A stretch of 58,138 nucleotides of DNA, counting the filler, from Sphacelaria rigidula (taxonomy: Eukaryota): the NCBI GenBank assembly GCA_964200075.2. It is 7 parts of 7 records of this genome, joined end to end, with 100 filler letters (N's around TTAATTAATTAA, not from the genome) between each part and the next. Parts side by side here need not be neighbours in the genome. Positions count along the whole stretch, not along the records: positions 16,641 to 24,860 come from CAXNAA020011871.1; positions 24,961 to 33,180 come from CAXNAA020011872.1; positions 33,281 to 41,500 come from CAXNAA020011873.1; 4 more parts are not named here. One strand, written 5' to 3'. Positions 23,040 to 34,829 of this stretch are shown in pieces (within the stretch, counting starts at the first letter, position 1; the number at the start of each line of letters is the position of its first letter). The position numbers and the translations under genes were made by a program. A model generated the notes under the pieces. That model was given only the letters and a program-made list of their open reading frames with translations. It had not been told where the DNA came from and ran no database searches.

Positions 23040-24420
23040 ACTGTGTCTTCGTCACTTAACCAGTTGCTTCTGTTCCGTGGCTGTTCTTCAGTTGTGCTGA
23101 TTTTCGATGTTGTTCGCGCGAGTCGACTGCTGCTACGCACATATTGTTTCACGTGGTACGCAACGTTGACTTATGATGCCCTTGCTTGGAGATTCATGGG
23201 TCCAGCTGGGCCCTGCATACACAGAATCTTCATCCCTCGTGACTTATTTGGAGACGTTGCCGGACAGTCGCCTAAGAGTCGACGCAGCGCAATACAGTAC
23301 AGAGGTGTGGCGTCACTACCATGTTCGTGCCGTGTTTCATGGCACCTCCTGAATGATGACCACCGATTGCAAACGAACGGTTGGTGAGTGCGCCAGTGAT
23401 TTTTTTGTTGTCACGACTTCTCAGGAAGGAGCACATGACTTTCCTGCGCTTTACTGGTATCATGGTGCTCGGAACGGTTGCGTCAGACAGCAGGCAGTGC
23501 CCGCTTGAGGATGCGTGTGGGGTCCACCAAGTGAAAAAAAAAAAAAAAACTGTCCTCTTATCACTATCAGCTCCCCATCATGGTGATACAAGGGTTGATG
23601 GCGGCGAAAATGCCCTGGAATATGCGAATGCTACAGATAGCATCAGAGTTCATGACAGCATAGCGCGATCATTCATAACCCTCGGATGGACCTTCTGTCT
23701 CCGATGATGAGAAATCCAAGAGTAGACGGTCACGAGCAATGACAGTTCACACATCACACATGGTGGTGCTCTTTGCGCAGGTTGGAGCTGGTAGCATGCT
23801 GCTGGTCTCCACACGGAGCTTTGCGCCAGTTTGGCATGAGAACCGCTGACTGCCGTACTTGCGCATTTTCCCCCCCAGTGTTTTGACCCATGCGCTCTCA
23901 AGCATATTTTATTCTTGTCCTTCCCTCCACTCCATTGCAGAGTTCGCGTCAACATGCGGGGGCCACCAAGTGGTCGTCTAGGACCTCATGTCTTTTCGCT
24001 GTGGCAATCACGAACTGCCTGATGGTTTTGTCCCTGCAGCACGTCGTGGCGGAGTTGCCCACGGCCGTAACGACTCGAGGTAAGATGAAGAATTTGGGAC
24101 ATGTACCCAAGCAGGGAATGACACTGCACCATGATCTGCTGTAGCCCTCCGGACCCAACACCGTCAGGGTAGATAGCCCTCCGGGCCCAATACCGTGATC
24201 TATGTATCGGTACATGTGTACACGACCCTTGACCGCCAGCACAGCACATCTGATGGATCGGCACCAAATTCACTTGGAAGAAAATGCGCATCGCCTCGAT
24301 GACGTACCTCGCGGTCGTCGGTGTCAACAACGTGCCAACTGTTTCCAGGGCCTGGCAGCATGGCGGTATGCAGTTGGTTCTATAATTCAGTTGATGAAGG
24401 ACGGAGAAGCTTCCTAGCTC
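23040..24420 (-). pseudogene. Heavily decayed transposase-like gene, probably KDZ (Kyakuja-Dileera-Zisupton)/CxC type
   Basis: Frameshifted fragments in the expected order: GPE-AIYPDGV, TCAKS, CVNCHCS*PSTLGFLI/SETEGPS..SRY, AYHVKQY, DSREQ. Recognised by eye only. Confidence 0.4.
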
Positions 24421-24620
24421 ACCCCTCAACCTTCGTTAAAAATCGTATAATGAGTCACGCATCAGGTTTGATATAAGCGTCGTGATTTGGCAAAACATGA
24501 GGAGTCGACCAGGTCTGGTATTTTCCTTAGAATTGTGTAACCCCTGTGGTTCCGAAAGGCTTCGGAATCTTGATTTCGGGAGCTGTCGTACGAGCTGGGC
24601 CAGCCTAAAAACGGATTTAA

Positions 24621-24722
24621 CCCTTGGACCGCACATTCTGAAAAGTCTCTCTGGATCATGCATACTTTTTTCACTTGAATTTGATGCCGATTCAACAGAA
24701 GACTAACCTCGCTGTCCAAGGG
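24621..24722. mobile_element. 102-bp piggyBac-type MITE with TTAA TSD
   Basis: TTAA|CCCTTGGACCGC...GCTGTCCAAGGG|TTAA; empty-site homologue GGATTTAAGCTCTAAAAGCAATATC at ~33133-33157. Confidence 0.9.
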
Positions 24723-27700
24723 TTAAGCTCTAAAAGCAATATCTCGTCGACACAGACGAGTTGGGCCGTGACCCGCATGTAGAAAACGAGCTGGGCCAGC
24801 TTAAAAGCTGCTTAAACTTGCTCACACCACAGCTTCCCCAGTTTCCCGAATGAACCCGATNNNNNNNNNNNNNNNNNNNNNNNNNNNNNNNNNNNNNNNN
24901 NNNNTTAATTAATTAANNNNNNNNNNNNNNNNNNNNNNNNNNNNNNNNNNNNNNNNNNNNAACAATGAGTTGCTTTATTCTGTGGTGTCGCCACTTCCAG
25001 AGACAGCCACGGCTGATACACTGCCTCATGGGTGTCTAACCAACCTCTCGGTGGGGTGATACGAAGTGTCTGAGACGTGTGGCGGCGATTTTCCCTGTTT
25101 GGGGGTCGAAAACCTTGTCAAGTGTCCTAAAAGTGGAAAATACGAGCCAAACAACATACGAACCGGAAGAAACGGTCTTAGACGGGCTGAAATCCTCGTA
25201 TTTGTACAAACACCGATTGGTTGCCATAAAAAATAAAAAATGGTCTAACTCAGAGCTGTCTATTTGTTTGAATAGGCTATTTCCACTGGATGAGTTCTGT
25301 CGTGTAAATCGGTGGTACCCACTGGCTGAATTATGCGGCACGATTCAGTGGGTATACCTTTTCCTACTGGCTGAGCTATTACCACGTGACTGAGTTAATC
25401 CATGAGTAGTTCAAAGCGTGAAACCTCTTCATGGCCATCGTCCCCGAACAGGTCAAACTGCACGTACTGACTCCTTAATTTCAACGCACTGCACTCTACC
25501 GACATGAATGCACGGGCACTTAATGCCGACGGCAGTCTATGAAACGTGCTTCAACGGTGCTGCACCGCATGTGCTATTAATATCCATGTGTTGACTGAGT
25601 TGCGCCGTTTCCACAATAACGGGGTATAACACCCCCCCCACGGGTGATGCTCCGTCTCGAAAGGGATGCGTGGTCAATGGTCAAACGTCTAAGGCAAGCA
25701 ACAAATGAGTACGCCCCCACGGGTGATCAGCTATCCAGTCTGGGTTTCTTCAAGACACAACGAGACTCACCATCATACCGGCAGGCCCCGTTTACTTGAA
25801 ATCACAATCATACCTTCTTCGCGACAAAACTTGACAAAGTGGCCCCGACAGATGTGATCTCGTTAGTTTTCGGAGAAGGTGGACAGTGAAGCTTAACGCG
25901 GCGGTATGGTTGGGGGAGGGGGGGGGGGGGGGGTTTAATACAACATGTATGACCTGCGGTACTGACGGTACGGTCTGTACCCGTTCAGTTGGTAGTTGAA
26001 CAGTACATTCGGGGTTATCACCTCTGTACTTTCGCAGACTGTTCTCTGCGTCTCGTCGGCGCTTCTCGTTGCTCCAGTCGCCCAGTTGCTCCTCTTCATC
26101 CCAGGAAGAGAGGAAGGCCAGATTGTCGCTCTTAGCACTCTTCAACATTGTTGCAACCGAGCTCCTTGCAACGGCACACTGGCGCCCAGATGCCGCTGTC
26201 GGCGTGTCGATGGCGTGCTGCTTTCTTTGCTATGCGAACCCTACCTCCCAACTAAGCGTGATGCAGGCAACAGTGTGTCTGGCAATTGATTGATTCTTTG
26301 ATCATCGGAAACTGGTGAAACCGAGACCCGCCCGATCACCTCAGCTCTCGTGGTTAGGAGGTGTCGCACAGATTCTCCGGTGGGGCTTGGGTGGGGGCAT
26401 GTCTCGTGGATTGTCATGATATCTCCTCAGGGTATCTATCCCCTTGAAACAATTTGGGGACATACAAGAAGTATTGAATACCCAGGGGTATTCTGGATCG
26501 TTGCGTGGCGCACTTGCTTCCTGGCACACCCGCTCTCCTGTAGGAACGGTGCTGTGAGCGACTGTAGTCATGCCACAGAGAAGGAGCAAATCTGTGGGCT
26601 TGCTGCGAGCCCTAACTCTCAGCTCAGCTGCTTTGGGTTCGTCCGTCCCCGCTGGGGTTCCGTTTGTCGCAAAACCCTCGTCAACATCGACGTTTTTATC
26701 GTTTGTTTCATCATCAACGTCAACATGCTCAGCGTGGACCCGCAGTTATCATGAACACGGTGCAGGTTCTTGCCGTAGAATAAAGTCACGGAGGCGGCCC
26801 CGCCCGGTATGGCGCGAGGTTTTGGATGTAATAGAGCCACTGATGTGTTCTCCTGGAGGTGGGGCTACTGTAACTTCTGCTTCACCGCCGGATGCTGCTG
26901 GAGGGCGCGACGAAGGCAATGGAGGTGTGACAGAAATAGTACGGTACAAAATACAAGACGACAGTAGAGTAGGCCGCCGTAGGTAACGGTGGATAACACC
27001 CCCCGCGTTGATGGTATCCCCGCGTTGCTGTACTGTTGTTCCATCTCTTGATGTATCACAACCTTGCCCTGCGCTTTCCAACTGCCTACCCGCCTACACC
27101 TGATCTCGACAACTTCAGACGAAATGGTGATAACCTATAGTATAGGATCAGCCGTAGCGGCGCCGCAGTAATGTGACAAACAACCGACAACAGTCAACCA
27201 CCTCTCTGTCAAACCCGTTTTTGTGCCGTCAACCCTTGTAGCGGTTTGCACACAGTAGTACAGCGGTCTGTGGACAAAAGATACCGGCATCGCAGTGCAT
27301 GCGGCGGTGCAAAGGAGATGAGAAGTGATGGTGAACCCACAATCGCTGGCCAGAGCCCATTGCTTGCCTGTGTTTCACTGGGGCGATGTGTCATGAGACG
27401 AAGCGTAGACGGTGAACCAGTGAGGGTTGCCTCTGGACAAGCTCTGGAGAATATAATCGAAGTTGCATTGGGGACTGTTATGAAGCACTCGCACACAAAC
27501 CCGTGACTGCAAAGATGGCCATATGTTATGTTGGACGCACTCGTTATTGCCGTCTTCACATTCCAAACCGTTCCAATATCTGCACAGTAGTACTCTGTAC
27601 TGGGCATCTGATACGGACGCCTTCCGCGGTCATGGGCTGACTAGTATATCCATACATGCCAACTTTCATAAATTTCACGGCTCATTTCGGTATGCCTTTT

Positions 27701-27754
27701 TGATGTTCGTGACTTTCACGACGGTACTCAGCCACCTCGGTAATGCACAGGTGA

Positions 27755-27915
27755 TGCACGGTAATTTTTGGATGGTACCTGATCACCCCGGTACTCATGG
27801 TTACAGGAACCAACCATCTTTGGAGTGCACGGTAATTTTTTGGATAGTAACTGGTCATCCTGGTACTCGTTGGTACAGGAGCCAGCCACCTTGACAGTGG
27901 ACAGTAGTTTTTGGC
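27755..27915. repeat. Short tandem repeat, ~71-bp unit
   Basis: TGCACGGTAATTTTTGGAT..TA.CTG.TCA.CC.GGTACTC twice, plus a degenerate third start. Confidence 0.8.
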
Positions 27916-27959
27916 GGGGAACGGGGCACCCTCGTTATCATCGTCCAGATCGTCTGTTT

Positions 27960-28220
27960 TCCCTCTAGGGGTTGGCGTCGTTTGGCGACGACGCTGTAAA
28001 ACACAACGCTCACTGCGAAAGCAAGGCAACTAGGTGACCGTTTTTGCTCTCTCGCTTGCGTTTTTTTGCGGTAGCCATAATTTCGGTCGAGTTAGATATC
28101 AATGTGCAGGGTGGGAGAGCCTCAACTCCGCACAGAAGGGATGATCGTACCACGCAACGATTAAATGACGAGACACTCATGAAGTAGTGCATCACCCGTG
28201 ACGGTCTCTGCAAGTGGCGA
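27960..28220. repeat. Dispersed repeat (same-orientation copy at ~41690-41945)
   Basis: TTGGCGTCG.TTGGC..GACGCTGTAAA, CTCAACTCCGC and ATGATCGTAC are shared. Confidence 0.8.
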
Positions 28221-29036
28221 GGTCAAAAGTCTCATGTCGACGTCATGCAAGATCATGTGTACCCCCCCCCCCCCTCTCCCTTGCAGTGAGTAAGTATTGT
28301 AGTACACGGCGATTGGGTGCGGGTTATTCCAATGCCGTACCACTTCAGCGTGTCTACCGGACACCGGGGGACTTATGTGTGTTGTGTTTTTGGTATCTGC
28401 TGTCTGCGACAGGGTGGCAAGCCTACGTTCCTGCTGTGCACAACAGAAAGCCCAAACCATCGCCAACAAGCGAGAGTCGTGGCCTATCGCCAGCGGAGGC
28501 AGGTATGTGCGAATCTCCCATTTGTCGATCGCGGGTCTAAGTAAGCAGGGAAACAGATCTATTTTAAAATGCCAACAAAAAGGAAACCGACATGGAGCAC
28601 GTTGGCTCCTTGGGCGGTGGGTCCATGGGTAAGGGCCGACTTGATAGGCATACACTAATGTAAAGCAATTCATCTCAAAGTATTACCAGTCCCTCTACAT
28701 TTCATTACGCTTTTCAGGCAAAAATGATATCCACCGCCAGCGGTGGAAATAAGAATCCACCCCCACCTTTTGTCGTGACCGATCCCGCGTCATTGTTTTC
28801 AATCCGGGAGCCCACGTGTACCGTAGTTCAGGCAGTAGTCAGTTGTCATATCGTCAGCATCTGCACCCAATGCCATGTACGTGCATCTGCATGTACGAGT
28901 ACCCTTAAACCCTGCTGTGAAGACGGTATTGTACTGCACCGTGTTGGCAAAGCACAGCTACCTGCTGTGCTGGCGAGTACAGCCCGTACTTGCTGTAATG
29001 GGTGAGAGGACCTCATCGGCGTCTGAATATCCTTAT

Positions 29037-29075
29037 GGTTAGGGTTAGGGTTAGTGTTAGTGTTAGTGTTGAGTG
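29037..29075 (+). repeat. Interstitial telomere-like tract, (TTAGGG)n decaying to TTAGTG
   Basis: GGTTAGGGTTAGGGTTAGTGTTAGTGTTAGTGTTGAG. Confidence 0.8.
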
Positions 29076-29459
29076 TAATGCGTGAGAAGGCCGCGTGCTT
29101 AGAGGACCGCATCGTAGTTCGAAACACCTCAGGATGGACGTTTTTCAAAACCAAACAAGGTTAAAGTATACCCTGCTCGCTGAGCATGTTCTCTATGCGT
29201 GTAGCTCTTTTATGTGAAGTATGTGCATGCGGTTCACCTGCCCTGTACGAGTACAGGCTGTACTCTGAAAGCACAGTCAGTACGAAGCGCGTGCACTGCT
29301 GAGCGTGTTCCCTGCGTGTGTAGCTGTGTTCATGTGAACTATGTACGTGCTGTTCACCTGCCCGCTGAGCATCACACTCGCTCGTCTATGCGCGGGCGGG
29401 TTTGTACAAGTGGCGCTTTCAAATTCAAAAACTTGGCTCTCGAACTGCTCGTATATAAC

Positions 29460-29750
29460 CAGGGATACACACGTTACACGTGCCATAGCGTTACACGTTA
29501 CGTTCACGTTACGTTTCGGCCGAAACGTAACGTGAACGTTAGTTTTTTGTATGAACGTAACGTTAGATTTTCAAATGTAACGTTAACGTAATGTTAAATA
29601 TTTTTACGTGACACAAGTCACCTAACGTGAACGTTATTTTTTTTAACGTGATGAACGTAACGTTAATTTTTCAAATGTAACGTTAATGTAACGGTATTTT
29701 TTTACGTGACACCCGTCACGTAACGTGAACGTGTAACGTGTATATCCCTG
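29460..29750. mobile_element. 291-bp hAT-type MITE with 8-bp TSD TATATAAC
   Basis: TIR CAGGGATACACACGTTACACGT / ACGTGTAACGTGTATATCCCTG; TATATAAC at 29452-29459 and 29751-29758; dense GTAACGT subterminal motifs. Confidence 0.92.
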
Positions 29751-30954
29751 TATATAACCAACGTGGGCTCCCAAATAAAAAAACGACGCGGGACCGATCA
29801 TAATAAAAGGTGGGGGTGGATTGTTATTTTCACCACGGGCGGTGGATATACTTTTTGCCCGCATTTCATAACGCAACCTTGATTTTAGTATGGACTCCGT
29901 CACACTCGTGTTCAGCGGCCTTCTGCAGCCCGCAGCCGCAGTACAGGACCGTGCTGCGGAGAGATGGCATCCAGGACAACAACGGCCTCACAAGGAGTAC
30001 TCTGTCTCTCTGTATACGACTTGGTGTACCAAACGTTTGCAATGAGCGTTGTTGTGCCCGCGGTATCGTTGCGGTGGCCGGCGTCGGCGTTGCAGTCTCC
30101 ATTTACGCTCAACTTGCTCCTCCTCCTGTGTCCTCCACGGGTTTGGATACGGGCCGAGCGTGAGATAAGACGATGCTATCGTCGTCGTTGTGCGTTGCTT
30201 CATGCTGCCCGGACGGCACAACCCTAGAACTACATCGGCATCAATGCTGCCGGCTCCCTACTGTAGGCCGTCGTGCTTTCGTTCTGGATGGCTCGTGTTG
30301 ATCGGTGCCGCACAGACGGTGCTCACGCGATGCCCACCGCCTCGCCAGGATCGGCGCATCTTGCGGTGAAAATACAGTCGGTACCACGACAGAAATTATT
30401 CAAGTATGCAATGGCGAAGACAACCCAGCACTCTACACACGGGACATCAGACAGCCAAGGTAAACTTGGGCGATCCCGTGTGCTACAGCACCGCCCCCTT
30501 TCGAAGGTATACCGTGAGCTTGCTTCATGATGACACGGCGCTTGTGAAAATATCATCGATATACTGTCCTAGGCTGTGGCCAGCTAACGGAGGAAAATGA
30601 AGCCCACACCGGGCCTGAACGTAGAGAAAACCCCAATATTTCAATCCTGCTGACTTCCCTGAAGTACATGGGGCTTGGGTAGCGTACGTGTATCCTCCAA
30701 TACGAAAATCTCGCCTTAAACCCGTTCAAGGATCAAGCAACGAAACATTGGTTGATTCCAGTTTAATTATTGTATAACGACCCTCACCTATGAACTCAGC
30801 TCCTTGTGTGCATATAGTACTCGACAGTTTGTACCGTAGACAGCAAAATGCTCTGCCAATAGAAACGCGTCCGTATCAGTTTTCAAACGCACCATAGCCC
30901 TAAATTTTCAACATTGGCCTTCAGAAGCCGGATGGGGATGTGTTGGTGGGAGGG

Positions 30955-31140
30955 GGGGGTGGCGTACTCACCTTGTTGTTTGCCTTGGTCATTTGAACAT
31001 TGACCACGCATCCCTTTCGAGATCCAGCACCTGTCCAACTCCCAACAGAGACGCCGCCCAGATTTGGGTGCTCATTACGTTTCTTCAGTACATAACGCAG
31101 AAACCTTTTGATTTTTTGTTTTTGTTTCTGGGGGGGGGGG
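30955..31140. repeat. Dispersed repeat (copies at ~38015-38215 and inverted at ~25645-25718)
   Basis: CATTGACCACGCATCCCTTTCGAGA is shared by all three copies. Confidence 0.8.
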
Positions 31141-31629
31141 AGATGACTACGCATGTTTCTATGTCATCATCTGCTCGCTGTATTGCAGACGGATATTTCC
31201 CACAAAAAAGGAAGGGTAGCCTGGCGCTAGCATGGATACCATGAAGTGTTTGGTCGGTATCGCAAGCCGCTGGTAAGGTGGCGCTATTGCCGTGCGAATC
31301 CGTTCCGAGGGGTAGGCGCTTTCGTCAAAACTGCTTGTAGACGAGGTTTGAGTTGTAGAAACTCTGCAAATAAACACTAGAATATCGCCGTGTCTCCCCG
31401 AAGAAAGTTCTGAGGGCGGGCTATGATACCTCTGGAGAGACGAGATCCGCAGGTCCTTGACCTATACATTTTTTCTCTGGCTGGTGTGAGTGTGCAGCAG
31501 TCTCGATTTCCCTGCTTGAACGGTGTGTTGGTGTGTATGTGTGTTTCAGTTGTTGAGTTTGTTCGATAAAGCAGACCCTCAGTTCCATATCGTGGGCAAG
31601 AAGCCATACCCAGTAGCCGGGAAGGCGTT

Positions 31630-31725
31630 AGTGTGTGTTGTGTTGTGTTGGCATCCCATTTATTCTGGACGCCGGTCTACACCTTTCGGTATATGTGGGC
31701 GCACCAGCTGGGGTCACACAGGAGA
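31630..31725 (+). repeat. Short interspersed repeat (copies at 33281-33345 inverted and ~41185-41400)
   Basis: TCCCATTTATTCTGGACGCC.GTCTACACC.TTCGGTATATGTG is shared. Confidence 0.85.
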
Positions 31726-32235
31726 AAATCCAAACTTATTTTTTTTGGGGTTATGGTGAGTAAATGCACTGTCGACCTCGTCTTGTGGGGCATACAACGT
31801 AGTACATGGCTGCGGTAGTGTACGTTTTTGGTTAGTGGTTTTATTAATAGTGGCTTCAATGCCCACAATACCTTGAGCAAAGCTTTCAGAACGCTCGAGG
31901 CGCCTACCCCACATGACACATGACTGCCGCGAGGTGGTCTAGCCCAGCCTCCGGGTATTCGGCACACACGAAACCGTTCGCGTGGGGAGTGTTGGGGAGA
32001 GGTTTTCCCTCCTTCATTCAAGTGAAAATAACATGTACTTTTTTTTTCAAAGGTGATCCGTGGCACGTTGACTGATTCCCCACGAATCCAGCCCCGCGGT
32101 CTAGCCACACGATTCATGTGTACCTGAGGAGTAAAGGCAAAATAAGTGCAGATGGAAACTCGACGTTGGGGAGAGAATGTTGATAACAGGGGAATATGTA
32201 CTTGATTGATTCCTTGGTTGTTGTCGCACATGAAC

Positions 32236-32411
32236 ACATCCCCAGGGTTTCCCCGAGGGATGTACTGTAGCCGCACTCATTACCCACATCTAGCCGTGGT
32301 CATTATCGGCAAGACAGACATCCCCAGGATTTCCCCGAGGGATGTACTGTAGCCGCACTCATTACCCACATCTAGCCGTGGTCATTATCGGCAAGACAGA
32401 CGTCCCCAGGG
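32236..32411. repeat. Recent tandem duplication, 82-bp unit
   Basis: Two near-identical units starting ACATCCCCAGG at 32236 and 32318, plus a partial third. Confidence 0.92.
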
Positions 32412-33795
32412 TAAGTAACACGGAAACACTCAAGAAACGGGAAATATAAACAAAAACACACACGACACAGTGAACTGAAGAAGAAAAAACAGACGAATCA
32501 GAAGGAAGTGCGGTGCTCCATAAATCAGAAGTAAAGTCGCTCCGGGGGTACACGGTTGATGTACAAGTATAGTAGGTGCCCTCACCGATATACGAGGATG
32601 TATACCACACGGTACAAAAAAGCATATCCCCACCCCCCCGTGCTCCGTCCCGGCTTTGTAGGGTGATATGGCGACGGCATGCAAGGTCATGAGTACTATT
32701 GTACCCCTGGGTGATGATCATTCGGGTCCCGAACCGCGGATGTTATACACCGTCATGTGCGGTAGTAGTGCAGTATTTCGTTGTTGCCACTTCACAATCT
32801 ATCTAGCTGAGATGAATCACCCTTCAGTTGCTGTACCGTTTGATAAAACAAGACAAAATGACGAGGAAACCTACTGCAGTTGTGACCTCGTATTCGTCAT
32901 GTTCCATTTCGGCCACCTACACCAGCACTCTACAATACACCACATTTGACCACACAAGTGTTGTGGTCGGCCTCGACCATCCCCCATTATACACATATAC
33001 AATACCCCCCTCTCCCCCCCCCCCCCCCCACTTACTAGGAAAAATATGGTGTCCACAGATGGTGAAACAGGACGGGGATAAGATATGTAAAAGATTTTCG
33101 TGTAGTGTACGAGCTGGGCCATCCTAACAGCGGATTTAAGCTCTAAAAGCAATATCTCATCGACACAGACGAGTTGGGCANNNNNNNNNNNNNNNNNNNN
33201 NNNNNNNNNNNNNNNNNNNNNNNNTTAATTAATTAANNNNNNNNNNNNNNNNNNNNNNNNNNNNNNNNNNNNNNNNNNNNCACATATACCGAAAGGTGTA
33301 AACTGGCGCCCAGAATAAATGGGACGACAACACACAACACACACACATAACAAGCTCGTTCGAACAACCGTTGCTGCTTTCAACGACGATTTGACTTGGA
33401 ATTTCATGCAAGAAGTGTCCCAAAATACCCCCCCCGCTATTATCGTAGGATGACTCAAAAGATGGTGGCAAACTGTGAAAGCGTCCCATGGCTACCTCAT
33501 GCGAGAACTTTGGCATATTTTCATCCAACATGACTCACAAATCGGTGATGGATATTTTCGCGAAAGCTGGCACGAGCAGATGCATAGCATGTTGTTTCGA
33601 ACAACAGTAGAAACTTGATGGTCATTTTCACTCGACCATCTGTTCGAGTTTTCCCACAAAAAAAATGCACACACATGCAAAGCTCAGAAACACTATGTTT
33701 TTGTTGTTGTTTGAGAAATCTCAAGTCCAACCAATACGCGTACTGTAGTATATCTATGCGCACGGAAGACCGGAAACCTGCGTTAGAAAGTTTCA

Positions 33796-33961
33796 CACCC
33801 TAGACAATATACGGTCAATAGATGCAATAGACGAGAAGTGTACTGCACAAAGTATAGGCCTATTGCGACTATTGCTGGCCGACAATAGTCGCAATAGGCC
33901 TAAAGTTTATGCAGTACGTTTCTCATCCATTGCAACTATTGGCCATATATTGTTCAAGGTG
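33796..33961. mobile_element. Fold-back MITE with TTCA/TTGA flanks (piggyBac-like)
   Basis: Almost wholly palindromic: CACCCTAGACAATATACGGTCAATAG... / ...CTATTGGCCATATATTGTTCAAGGTG. Confidence 0.8.
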
Positions 33962-34481
33962 TTGACAGTTCTCGGAGAGTGCAGCAAAATCTTTCCGAGG
34001 TTGCACAACCCACCAAGCCCCGTGTTTCGACGAAAATCCGCGCTGAATCGCGAAAATAGGCATTTTTTTTCAGTTTATTTTTCGTGGCACAATAAGCGCC
34101 CTTATCGTCTACACCCAAGTTCGCATTACAGGTAGGTTGGTGCTGATTGCGAATAGTTACTGTAGTTGCACGCACACTTCAAGCTCAGATACGCGATTCT
34201 TCAGTGCAAAAAAAAAATATAGAAAAATTACCTGCGCCGCCGATCCCTCGGGCCGTTCGTGTTTCGTACCCATGTTATGGAGTTGCAGTGTCGAATCAAG
34301 CATGCCTACTGTAGCGCGTTCGTCTCAATCGCTCTCTCGGTAGCAAGATACACGACGGTCACAGTGTGAAGGTTCAACCAAGAGCGGGCGTAAGATCGCG
34401 AAAAAGGCAAGTCAAGCAGCTCGTCACAAACAAGCACACGATGACTCCATCATCAAGGGACAAAAGAAATGAATGGTCGAT

Positions 34482-34829
34482 TTACTCTTCACTCGCCATA
34501 ACCGTGCCCCTCGAAAGAGGCCCCCAACGGCGCTCAGGATTGGTCGCGTGCAAAAACCCCCGTCGATCTGGCGCCATTCCCTTGTCCCCATTACCCTTCA
34601 AACCAACTCGTTCCGCTGCATCAAAATCCGCATCATCTATCAATTGCGGCCCACGCTCTATAATGGAAACTCCGGCCGGTCGGCCGGGGGGCTTAGCTTG
34701 CGGGTTATCTCGCAACCAGCAACGCAACACGTCCCATACGGCGACGTCTGGAGCATCCGTTTTGAGCGCAAGCGGCTCCTTGTGCATGCCGGACGTACGG
34801 TAGCCGGCTGCCTCTAGAGCCCCCATCAC
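34482..34829 (-). CDS. TRM1: TRM1 exon 6 (terminal)
   Basis: [38 protein letters not shown]...NPERRWGP, then TAA. Confidence 0.92.
   Translation of the reverse strand: MMGALEAAGYRTSGMHKEPLALKTDAPDVAVWDVLRCWLRDNPQAKPPGRPAGVSIIERGPQLIDDADFDAAERVGLKGNGDKGMAPDRRGFLHATNPERRWGPLSRGTVMASEE

Larger units (their letters stand above)
28717..29860. mobile_element. Non-autonomous DNA transposon with ~100-bp TIRs
   Basis: GGCAAAAA..ATATCCACCGCC...GGGAGCCCACGT (28717-28817) is mirrored at 29761-29860. Confidence 0.75.
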
